Assembly: GCA_944319735.1 (NCBI GenBank)
Contig: CALUEU010000007.1
Span: 1,189-65,188 of the forward strand
DNA length: 64,000 nucleotides
From: an uncultured Methanomassiliicoccus sp.
GTDB taxonomy: Archaea; Thermoplasmatota; Thermoplasmata; Methanomassiliicoccales; Methanomassiliicoccaceae
Direction: 5' to 3'
Positions 10,315 to 18,286 of the stretch are shown piece after piece (the stretch's first letter is position 1; every line of letters starts with the position of its first letter). Below the pieces are notes generated by a model. That model saw nothing but the letters and a program-made list of their open reading frames with translations, was not told where the DNA came from and ran no database searches. Position numbers and translations under genes: made by a program.

Positions 10315-11292
10315 ATGACATATGAATCTCTGTTGAGTCAGATATCGGAGTGGCATACCAATCAACAGCATGAAGAGATAATCAGTGCAGTCAGGTCACT
10401 GCCTCAACAGAAACAGACAAGCGAACTCGTTTGCCTTTTGGCACGTGCACTCATCAATACTGATGACTTCTCCGGTGCATTGGGTTTGCTAGATGGCACT
10501 AAAGAAACATCTCAGGACGGCTATTATTGCGTACGTTATGGGCTTGCATTATACTGCCTCCATAGGGAGGATGAGGCACTCCAGTGGTTTAAGCAGGCGC
10601 AAGAAAAAGGGATTGAAGAAATCAATGAACTGCCTGGCACATATTATCCGAAAAGTGTATCGGCATGGGTAGAACGTGCAGAAAGATGGGCGCCCCGGCG
10701 CATAGAAAAAAACGCTTTTGAAGAAGAACGCCGAAAGAAGAGAAATAAGCAGGCGCAAGAAAATGCAGTTTTTGAAGCTGATGTTCTTGAAGGCCTGTGG
10801 GACGACTGCGGCTATTCTCTTGAGAAATATGTGGGAGAAACACCAACTGACGCAGATTTTGAAAATGTTGAAGCTTCACTCGGATATCGTTTGCCAGCGT
10901 CATATAAGACGCTTATGAAGAAGCATAATGGCGGAATATTGTCAAAAAACATTTTTGAAAATCCCCTGCAGCGTGACTGGACACCGAGGTCATTCAGCGC
11001 AGAAAGCATTTATGGCATTGACTGTAAAAAGCCCTACTCATTATGCGGTGAAATGGGCAGCAAGTTTTGGATTGATGAATGGAAGTATCCTGATATCGGC
11101 ATCGTAATCTGTGATACGATGAGCGGAGGACACGATCTGATCTTTTTGGATTATTCTGACTGCGGACCGGAAGGTGAACCGTGTGTTGTCCACATAGATC
11201 AGGAAAGCGACTATGAACGCACCTATCTGGCAGACAATTTTAAGGATTTTATAGAGGGGCTTTTTTCAGAAGATGAATCATCAGAAGATTAA
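10315..11292 (+). CDS. TPR-like N-terminus plus SMI1/KNR4 (SUKH-1) domain protein
   Basis: LGYRLPASYKTLMKKHNGG is the SMI1/KNR4 signature. Acidic C-terminus. ATG 10315, preceded by GGGGAG, is preferred over the TTG at 10243. Confidence 0.7.
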   Translation: MTYESLLSQISEWHTNQQHEEIISAVRSLPQQKQTSELVCLLARALINTDDFSGALGLLDGTKETSQDGYYCVRYGLALYCLHREDEALQWFKQAQEKGIEEINELPGTYYPKSVSAWVERAERWAPRRIEKNAFEEERRKKRNKQAQENAVFEADVLEGLWDDCGYSLEKYVGETPTDADFENVEASLGYRLPASYKTLMKKHNGGILSKNIFENPLQRDWTPRSFSAESIYGIDCKKPYSLCGEMGSKFWIDEWKYPDIGIVICDTMSGGHDLIFLDYSDCGPEGEPCVVHIDQESDYERTYLADNFKDFIEGLFSEDESSED

Positions 11293-11340
11293 TCAGTGCA
11301 GAAAGCATAGCCAGTTCAGCTTTGATGAGGAGTAATAACT

Positions 11341-11694
11341 ATGGAGATTACTGAACAGTTTACAAAAGAAATTGCCCCGTTTTTCTGGGTGGAACACAGC
11401 TCTGGGGCTTCTGTCTGCTTGAATGTGGGTACGTACTTGCAAGATGTATTCGACACCAGAGCCGACGAGGGTTTCGAAGGCGGCGGTTATGACTGGGGCA
11501 GTTTGGCTCAGGTATTCTTGGAAGAGAAATGTTCCGATCTGTCAGAAAAAATCAAGTTCGATCCGGAAGCCAGTATGTTCTGTGCTTATTCAGATGATAA
11601 GACCGCTTTGATGGAGTTTATCCGGCGCTTCAAAGCAGCATGTGAGGACAAACCGCTGATTCTGGATATATTCAGCCGTGCAGAGCTGGACTGA
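11341..11694 (+). CDS. small acidic cytoplasmic protein, immunity-protein-like (Imm51-like from memory only)
   Basis: 117 aa with no TM segment or signal peptide. EGFEGGGYDWGSLAQVFLEE and FCAYSDD resemble bacterial polymorphic-toxin immunity families. Needs an HMM check. Confidence 0.45.
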   Translation: MEITEQFTKEIAPFFWVEHSSGASVCLNVGTYLQDVFDTRADEGFEGGGYDWGSLAQVFLEEKCSDLSEKIKFDPEASMFCAYSDDKTALMEFIRRFKAACEDKPLILDIFSRAELD

Positions 11695-11745
11695 TGAAAA
11701 AATACACTTTGAGATATGATGGATGAATGAAGGGGAAAATACGTT

Positions 11746-12282
11746 ATGGTTGCTATAAGATATCCAACCTGGCTGGAAGGCCATGTCAAAGACTTAACAT
11801 CTGAAGATTCCACCACAGTGACGCTTTGCTCTACCACAGGCAGCGAACTGTTGGAAGTATGGTTTTATGGAGACTTACCTGAGGATGAAGCACATCCATA
11901 TATCGAAAGCACTGAACAAGCGCCCTGTAGAATTGTTGCCAGAGTTTCAGAAAGTGGCGAGGAATTTTTGATTTTTGACGGTGCTAAACACGGCTACGAC
12001 AGCATGTTCTGCGATACTTATGAATCAGATGTTCTGGAAAATCGTCCTCCCAAAAGATATGCAATCCCGGCTTCCAAGTTGATTTTGGAAATAGGATACG
12101 GCATTGACTATGAGAGCGAGCGGGATGAATATGACATCGACGAAAACGGATTAGTGGAACTTGTCGATGGGCGCAAGATGCACTGGGAGACTGTAAAGCG
12201 GGATGGTATTGACTACATCGCCCTCTTCTTTGTAAATGACAAGGGAGAGAAAACTCAGATCCTGGATGCGGAGCTGGCATAA
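11746..12282 (+). CDS. hypothetical acidic cytoplasmic protein
   Basis: 178-aa ORF on the same strand, directly after the two immunity-like genes. No recognisable motif. Confidence 0.4.
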   Translation: MVAIRYPTWLEGHVKDLTSEDSTTVTLCSTTGSELLEVWFYGDLPEDEAHPYIESTEQAPCRIVARVSESGEEFLIFDGAKHGYDSMFCDTYESDVLENRPPKRYAIPASKLILEIGYGIDYESERDEYDIDENGLVELVDGRKMHWETVKRDGIDYIALFFVNDKGEKTQILDAELA

Positions 12283-12476
12283 TTTAGCTCATCTTAGTCG
12301 TAAACACATCGGCAGACATTCAAGGTTTTTAGATTCACTAAGAATCTTTGAAATCAACATAGCAGCTGATTGAAGTTGCAACTGCCCCCATCCGCTATGT
12401 TGCAGCGAAAGGGTTTTTGATCCCGCTGGGTCTGCCGGTCAAGCTATTTGTACCTCTTGAATGCAAATTTGACCAT

Positions 12477-13058
12477 ATGGTATTCGAATCAAATATTCGT
12501 GTTTCTGACATAATGGGAGAAGTCGTCACTTGTGTAAGAGATTCTACTGTGCGAGAGGCTGCTACACTGATGAACTCTTTCAACAGCCGCGGAGTAGTCA
12601 TCGTTGAGGGAACAAATCCTATCGGAATACTTACGGAAACAGATTTTGTTGAAAAGATCGCTGCTGAACGCAGAGATTCTGAAACCACCCTGGTCTGTGA
12701 CATCATGACTTCTCCTGTAATAACAACCGCTCCAGAAGAGCTGCTTTCTTCAGCAGGCAAAAAAATGTCCAGCATGAAAATCAGATGTATGCCCGTAATT
12801 GCAAATGGTGAACTTGTCGGCATAGTTTCAGAAGGAGATCTTGCAAAACTCTCTCCCATCTTGATTGAAAATGCTGCTGAGCGGAGCGGCATCTGTTCTG
12901 ACGCCCACTTTGAAAAAGATCCGGTTTCATTAGCCGGCTACTGTGAAAACTGTGAAAATTATTCTTATGATCTAAGGCAGACAGGGGCGGTTTCTGGCCG
13001 CGGTCCCCTGTTGTGTGCCGAATGCAGAGATTTGTTTGTAAAAGATCCAATTGATTAG
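12477..13058 (+). CDS. CBS-pair domain protein with C-terminal zinc ribbon
   Basis: Two CBS repeats (VSDIMGEVVTC..., VCDIMTSPVIT...) and a C-terminal CENCEN...CAEC. ATG 12477 is preferred. Stop is TAG. Confidence 0.75.
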   Translation: MVFESNIRVSDIMGEVVTCVRDSTVREAATLMNSFNSRGVVIVEGTNPIGILTETDFVEKIAAERRDSETTLVCDIMTSPVITTAPEELLSSAGKKMSSMKIRCMPVIANGELVGIVSEGDLAKLSPILIENAAERSGICSDAHFEKDPVSLAGYCENCENYSYDLRQTGAVSGRGPLLCAECRDLFVKDPID

Positions 13059-13390
13059 GAAAATTCAATCTTCTGCAAACCCTTCTCTTCTTTTTCTTCA
13101 GATTTTGACTCACCATCTGGATGCTGCGGATTAGCTGCTGCATTAACCATTGTTTTTACCAATGTAACTGTTTCTTTCCTCACTACTTCGTATTGGTCTT
13201 TGACTTCCTGAGGAACAAGTCCTTTTGGCATTGCTGCATCCACAGCAAGAATCATTTCAGTGGCAGCCCTCATCACATGCTGTCTGGATTCCGGTGGAAA
13301 CAAGACATTAACAACTTTTTCAATGTCTTTTTTCAGACCGGGATCATGCTGTGTGCACTTTTCATCACCCTGTGTGTTTTCGTTCTCCAC
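13055..13390 (-). CDS. hypothetical small helical protein
   Basis: 111-aa ORF whose start overlaps the 3' end of the ArsA-like gene by 26 nt. No motif. Charged Lys/Glu-rich C-terminus. Confidence 0.4.
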   Translation of the reverse strand: MENENTQGDEKCTQHDPGLKKDIEKVVNVLFPPESRQHVMRAATEMILAVDAAMPKGLVPQEVKDQYEVVRKETVTLVKTMVNAAANPQHPDGESKSEEKEEKGLQKIEFS

Positions 13391-14558
13391 TTACATCATC
13401 TCCTGGGAATACGATTCTTAACATGCCGTCCGTAAACTCTGCTTTTTCTGGCTCCTTCTTTATGAATGTAAATGGTAGAGACATCGATCTACGGTACTGG
13501 CCTGCTTCTACTACAAGGCTGTCCGAGGATTTATAGAGTTGCACTTTTTCTTTCGGCATGAATGGCAGCCTCAGTGCAATTATGTCTTTTCCGTTCTCGC
13601 TGTAAATCTCGATAGGTCTGTCGGTTGTGAATCTGCTAGTCGGGTCTTCATCTTCAAAGAGCATATCTCCCAGATACTCCAGTGATTTCATTCCCACAAG
13701 CTCTACAGGCAGTTGCTGGGCTTTCAGCATCTTTAAGGGATCAAATGATTCCTGAATGATTTTCATGTATTTTTCCTGTTCAGCTCTTTTCTGTGCAAAG
13801 TAATCATCATTGCCATCAGGGAGCAATCTGTTAATTACCAGGCATTCCACAGTAAGGCCGTAAAGGCAGAGATAAGTGTAAGCACGCTTAGTCTCGTTGA
13901 TTACCATCTTTTCAGGATTCACTACCAGACGGATTGAGGTGATTTCCGGATCTTCTAATATTTGCTGCACATTTTTCATTCTTCCAATCAACATCTCCAG
14001 ATCCTTGAGCAGCTCCTCTGAAGGCAGCGGAGTGGACATGACCTTTCCAATCGTCATCCTAGCTACTTTGATGAGGTTGTGAATTATGCGGTAAAGCTTA
14101 TCGGAATACCATTCCGATGACTCTGGAAACGACAGCAGTTTAATGGTCTCTCCAGTCGGAGCAGTGTCCATCACTATCACGTCATATGTTCCTTTTTTGT
14201 TAAAGTCATCTAAGTAAAATAATGCAGACATCAGTTCCATTCCGGGGATTACTGACATTTCTTTTGAGGTGATGCCGTCAAGACCCTGAGACACAAGGAA
14301 ATCTGAAATGTACTTTTGAATCTCGTTCCAGCGAGTTTCTAATTCATACAGCATGTCTATTTCAATTGCATCTAGGTTTTCCTCGACTCTTGTAGGCTGT
14401 CCGCAAAGTTCAGTTTCCAGAGAGTCTGACACTGAGTGTGCAGCGTCAGTTGACATAATCAATGTCTTGTAACCTTTTCTAGCACATTTGAGAGCAGTTG
14501 CAGCCGCGACAGAAGTCTTTCCGACTCCTCCTTTGCCTGTATATATGATGAGCCTCAT
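13365..14558 (-). CDS. ArsA/GET3-family ATPase with C-terminal Hsp20-like domain
   Basis: Deviant Walker A GKGGVGKTS, DTAPTG switch, and a C-terminal alpha-crystallin-like segment (ALRLPFMPKEKVQL...FTDGMLRIVFPG). ATG 14558 is preferred over the TTG at 14585. Confidence 0.85.
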   Translation of the reverse strand: MRLIIYTGKGGVGKTSVAAATALKCARKGYKTLIMSTDAAHSVSDSLETELCGQPTRVEENLDAIEIDMLYELETRWNEIQKYISDFLVSQGLDGITSKEMSVIPGMELMSALFYLDDFNKKGTYDVIVMDTAPTGETIKLLSFPESSEWYSDKLYRIIHNLIKVARMTIGKVMSTPLPSEELLKDLEMLIGRMKNVQQILEDPEITSIRLVVNPEKMVINETKRAYTYLCLYGLTVECLVINRLLPDGNDDYFAQKRAEQEKYMKIIQESFDPLKMLKAQQLPVELVGMKSLEYLGDMLFEDEDPTSRFTTDRPIEIYSENGKDIIALRLPFMPKEKVQLYKSSDSLVVEAGQYRRSMSLPFTFIKKEPEKAEFTDGMLRIVFPGDDVSGERKHTG

Positions 14559-15008
14559 CCCGTCACCAGGCGTTTTAGGGTTCAACCAGTACTTGAATGA
14601 TGCGCATGTTTTGCAGTTTTTATGAGGAAAACTGCTTTTTCTGCACTAATTTACGCTTATTCTGAGAGTCTTCTCAAATCTCTGCTCATATCATTCTTCA
14701 GCAGTCTACGAGTATTGCATTTAGATATTATTTGATTTTAAATAAATGAAATTCTGAAATTTCCTACCATTGCTGATTTAGTTGGCATTATTGAATATTT
14801 CATAATAAACAGCGCCACAGTTTTGTTTTGCATTATATGCTTTCAAAATAGGATTTAAAGCATTTATCTCAAAATATATGCTCAGAACAATGATAGCGGA
14901 AAAACCCGATCTGGTTGAGGTTGACCGATAGAAAGAAATATAAGTAACAAAGCTTTGGAGGCAGTAGTACCGCATGATATATCCAAACGTGTGGTATGTT
15001 GAATCCGT

Positions 15009-15086
15009 GGGCTCGTGGCTTAGCCTGGATATAGCACTGGCCTTCTAAGTCAGTGGTCGGGGGTTCGAATCCCCCCGAGCTCGCCA
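15009..15086 (+). tRNA. tRNA-Arg (anticodon TCT), CCA encoded
   Basis: Acceptor GGGCTCG/CGAGCTC, anticodon arm CTGGC-CTTCTAA-GTCAG, T-arm GGGGG-TTCGAAT-CCCCC, discriminator G then CCA. Confidence 0.95.
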
Positions 15087-15148
15087 TTCAAACAAAAGCT
15101 TCATATCTAACTACCGGTTCACGGTGGAAATAAATTAGGAGATTCACG

Positions 15149-15256
15149 ATGAAACGAAGTTCACGCGCTTGGAAAAAGCGAGGTAAACAAAGATGGAAAT
15201 GGCGCAAAAAGAAAATGAGGCGCCGAAAGAGACAACAACGCATGCGTAAGGCATAA
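15149..15256 (+). CDS. rpl41e: 50S ribosomal protein L41e
   Basis: 35-aa ORF translated by hand: MKRSSRAWKKRGKQRWKWRKKKMRRRKRQQRMRKA. The extremely basic KRSSR.WKK...RWKW pattern is that of archaeal L41e. GGAG lies 8 nt upstream. Below the ORF-track cutoff. Confidence 0.85.
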   Translation: MKRSSRAWKKRGKQRWKWRKKKMRRRKRQQRMRKA

Positions 15257-15267
15257 GGCTGATCCCT

Positions 15268-15437
15268 GGGGGTATGGGGTAACACGGCATCCTCGCGGGC
15301 TCCAGTTATCGAGAATGACTGCGAACGGGTTTGCTGACCGGTGATGACTAACTGGAGCGCTGACTCGTTAATTCGCATGGGGTCGCTCCCCATGTGGTGG
15401 AAACCCGCTGATCTGGGTTCAAATCCCAGTGCCCCCA
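15268..15437 (+). tRNA. tRNA-Trp (anticodon CCA) interrupted by a ~97-nt intron
   Basis: Acceptor GGGGGTA/TGCCCCC. Anticodon stem GCGGG (15295-99) pairs with CCCGC (15404-08). Loop CTCCAG then the intron. T-arm CTGGG-TTCAAAT-CCCAG, discriminator A. Confidence 0.9.
15306..15402 (+). ncRNA. box C/D guide RNA inside the tRNA-Trp intron
   Basis: Box C AGAATGA 15312-18, D' CTGA 15334-37, C' GTGATGA 15341-47, D CTGA 15360-63. The 12-nt D guide pairs 10/10 with GCTCCAGTTA (15299-15308). The D' guide pairs with AAACCCG (15401-07). Confidence 0.8.
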
Positions 15438-15515
15438 CTTACCGCATCAATCGTTGTATCTTTTTAAATTAATTAACTAAACTTCTTAACCTAGTCACTG
15501 AAACGCTGTATATAT

Positions 15516-15589
15516 GGCCCGGTTGGGGTAGCCTGGCATCCTGTGGGACTGTGGATCCCTAGACTCGAGTTCAAATCTCGGACCGGGCC
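15516..15589 (+). tRNA. tRNA-His (anticodon GTG) with encoded G-1
   Basis: Extra 5' G (15516) opposite discriminator C73. Acceptor GCCCGGT/ACCGGGC, anticodon loop CTGTGGA, T-arm TCGAG-TTCAAAT-CTCGG. Confidence 0.9.
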
Positions 15590-15669
15590 CCTTCATTACA
15601 GTTTTGATTTGTCATATTGTATCTTGCGTTCTTTTATTATTTTAGCTTTTTAATCTATCAAACAATTAC

Positions 15670-16794
15670 TCATATCCAATCTGTGTCTCCTAGAGTTATG
15701 TGACATTTTATATATTGATTTTTTAGCATTTTTTTAATACCATCATCTAACTCTGGACCTTTCCAGATCATGCTCATTTTTACGTCTCCTGTGTATCTTT
15801 CTTCTGCAAGAAATCCTGCTGCAGACATTCTTCTGCCGTACGGGTGTTCATTCGGTAAAAGACATAGCAGACTGCACGCTTCTGTTTCTGCAGCATATTG
15901 TATTGCTCTTGCAATCAAGGAATCCAGGGCCTTAGTATCCTTAGGAGCTATCAGCAAGTCGGCTACTGAAGCGTCGTTTCCTCTTCTTCCTATTACTATA
16001 TAGCCGGCCAGCTCTCCGTTTCTTCTTGCACAGAAGGCTTTGAACTGCCCTGCTCTAGGGTCTAAGTATCTCCAGTTGAGATTACCTGGCCTTCTTGCAG
16101 CGATAAGATCAAAGTTCTTAGAACATTTTTCAAATAATTCCTGAAACTCTTTTCTAAATTCTGTTATTTCTTCAATCTCAATTTCGGGTGATGAAGAAAC
16201 TTTTCTCATTGATTTGATTGCTGAGTAGGCCATACGCTTAGCTTTACCGACACTGCCCTGAAAAAACTCGTCTAAATCAATAACGTATCTAAACTGAATG
16301 AATTTCAGAGGTACGATTTCAAAACCTCTTTTTTCCAAACTTACATATGAGGATGCTTTATTGGGAAATCCGTAATCCAGTTTCACTCCCAGATCTTCTT
16401 TTATCTTATCTCTGCAGTCTGAAACTTTACCTATCAATCCCTTTCCTCTGAATTCAGGACTGGTGCAGAGGTCTGTTCCCTGGGCTGAAAGAACAGGTTT
16501 TCCTCGAAGGAGGATCTCAGATGGTATCGAGGCTGCAGCAGATATTAAATTACCATTAAACTCAGCTATACAGACGGCAGCATCACTCACTGGGTTATTC
16601 AGATATTTCCATTTCCAGTGTTCGGCAGGTACAACTCCTCTCGGTGCCCTCCATCCCATATACATCTCCAGAAAGGGAACTATCTTTTCCTCATCCCCAT
16701 GGCAGTATGGTCTTACAAAGATCTCGTCATTGATTATTTTATCAGGCATCTGCAGATCCCGAATAGTCTCTGCAACATGTGGGATATATACCAA
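15670..16794 (-). CDS. GNAT-family N-acetyltransferase (two-lobed, ~370 aa)
   Basis: The PEFRGKGLIGK acetyl-CoA loop (Q/RxxGxG/A) and a second GNAT-like half. The start is uncertain (TTG 16794 or ATG 16749). Confidence 0.6.
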   Translation of the reverse strand: MVYIPHVAETIRDLQMPDKIINDEIFVRPYCHGDEEKIVPFLEMYMGWRAPRGVVPAEHWKWKYLNNPVSDAAVCIAEFNGNLISAAASIPSEILLRGKPVLSAQGTDLCTSPEFRGKGLIGKVSDCRDKIKEDLGVKLDYGFPNKASSYVSLEKRGFEIVPLKFIQFRYVIDLDEFFQGSVGKAKRMAYSAIKSMRKVSSSPEIEIEEITEFRKEFQELFEKCSKNFDLIAARRPGNLNWRYLDPRAGQFKAFCARRNGELAGYIVIGRRGNDASVADLLIAPKDTKALDSLIARAIQYAAETEACSLLCLLPNEHPYGRRMSAAGFLAEERYTGDVKMSMIWKGPELDDGIKKMLKNQYIKCHITLGDTDWI

Positions 16795-16834
16795 CCGGCA
16801 AGAGGTTATAGCACATTGTTATTTGCTGTTTTGA

Positions 16835-18286
16835 ATGAGCTACGAAGGTCCACTTGAAAAAATAGACGACTTCCGCTGGAAGATTCCCCGCAGTTACAAA
16901 TCGGGGATGAATACAGACGCAGTCATATATTCTGGAGGTGAAATGCTCCAGGCGCTGAGGGAAGATGATGCACCAGAGCAGGCCGCAAACGTTTCATGCC
17001 TGCCGGGAATTGTGGGTAATTCTTTGGCAATGCCAGACATTCACTGGGGATATGGTTTCCCCATAGGAGGCGTGGCAGCCATGGATGCAGATGAAGGAGT
17101 CATTTCTCCCGGTGGAATTGGATTTGACATAAACTGTGGAGTCAGGCTGGTGCGTACAGATTTGGAAATTGCAGATGTTCAGCCTTACATCAAAGAACTG
17201 ATCTCCACACTTTTCAAAAACGTGCCTTCCGGAGTAGGTTCTGAAGGGCTCATTAACCTCACCAAAAGCCAGATTGACGAAGTTCTGGTCGAAGGAGGAG
17301 AATGGGCTGTCAGGAACGGTTACGGCTGGGAAGAAGACCTGCTCGTTACTGAAGAAGAAGGCAGAATGAAAAATGCAGATCCTTCCAAGGTAAGCGACAA
17401 ATCAAGAAAAAGAGGAATTCCCCAGCTGGGTTCTTTAGGATCTGGAAATCACTTTTTAGAAGTTGATTATGTTGAGGAAGTTTTTGATGAAGAAGCTGCC
17501 AAATCTTTCGGGCTCAGGAAAGGGCAGATAACCGTGACGGTCCACTGCGGTTCCAGAGGCTGCGGTCATCAAATTGCAACTGACTACCTGCAGGTAATGG
17601 AAAAAAATGTGAAGCAGGTTGGACTTCAGCTGCCGGATCGACAACTGGCATGTGCTCCTGTAAACAGCAGAGACGGGGAAGATTACTTCAAAGCCATGGC
17701 CTGCGGAGCCAACTACGCCTGGGCAAACCGTCAGATGATTCTGCATTGGATAAGGGAATCATTTGAAGAGTGCTTCAAACGCGATGCAGAGAACATGGGT
17801 ATGCATCAGGTGTATGATGTAGCCCACAACATTGCCAAGCTGGAAGAGCACAATGTAGATGGACAACGCAGAAAAGTGTATGTACACCGCAAAGGTGCAA
17901 CCAGGGCTTTTCCGAAGGAACATCCTGAGATTCCGGCATGCTACTCTTCTGTAGGTCAGCCCGTACTCATCCCCGGCGACATGGGCCATGGGAGTTATGT
18001 GCTGGTGGGCACAGAATGCGGAATGTCTGAAACATTCGGTTCTACCTGCCACGGTGCTGGAAGAATAATGTCCCGTTCAGAAGCAATGCGCAAATTTACA
18101 GTGCAGGGCATAAAAACAAACATGGAAGGAAGAGGAATCTTCCTGAAATCAGCTACAAAAGACGGAATTCTTGAGGAAGCCCCGGATGCCTACAAGAGCA
18201 TTGAAAACGTCATAGACGTTGTTGCTGGAGCCGGACTTTCGAAGAAAGTAGCTAAACTGGTTCCCTTAGGTGTAATGAAGGGTTAA
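16835..18286 (+). CDS. rtcB: RNA-splicing ligase RtcB
   Basis: 483 aa with canonical RtcB motifs (PDIHWGYGFPIGG, GFDINCGVR, GSGNHF, HRKGAT, HGAGR). No intein. Confidence 0.95.
   Translation: MSYEGPLEKIDDFRWKIPRSYKSGMNTDAVIYSGGEMLQALREDDAPEQAANVSCLPGIVGNSLAMPDIHWGYGFPIGGVAAMDADEGVISPGGIGFDINCGVRLVRTDLEIADVQPYIKELISTLFKNVPSGVGSEGLINLTKSQIDEVLVEGGEWAVRNGYGWEEDLLVTEEEGRMKNADPSKVSDKSRKRGIPQLGSLGSGNHFLEVDYVEEVFDEEAAKSFGLRKGQITVTVHCGSRGCGHQIATDYLQVMEKNVKQVGLQLPDRQLACAPVNSRDGEDYFKAMACGANYAWANRQMILHWIRESFEECFKRDAENMGMHQVYDVAHNIAKLEEHNVDGQRRKVYVHRKGATRAFPKEHPEIPACYSSVGQPVLIPGDMGHGSYVLVGTECGMSETFGSTCHGAGRIMSRSEAMRKFTVQGIKTNMEGRGIFLKSATKDGILEEAPDAYKSIENVIDVVAGAGLSKKVAKLVPLGVMKG

Noticed and set aside
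12395-12892. 165-aa minus-strand ORF.
   Set aside because: It is antisense to the CBS-pair protein, which has clear CBS repeats. The translation is Ser/Thr-rich and low-complexity.
15088-15438. 116-aa minus-strand ORF (and 14869-15087, 72 aa) in the ORF track.
   Set aside because: These lie antisense across tRNA-Arg, the L41e gene and the intron-containing tRNA-Trp. The RNA genes and the L41e match explain the region fully, and the translations are low-complexity.
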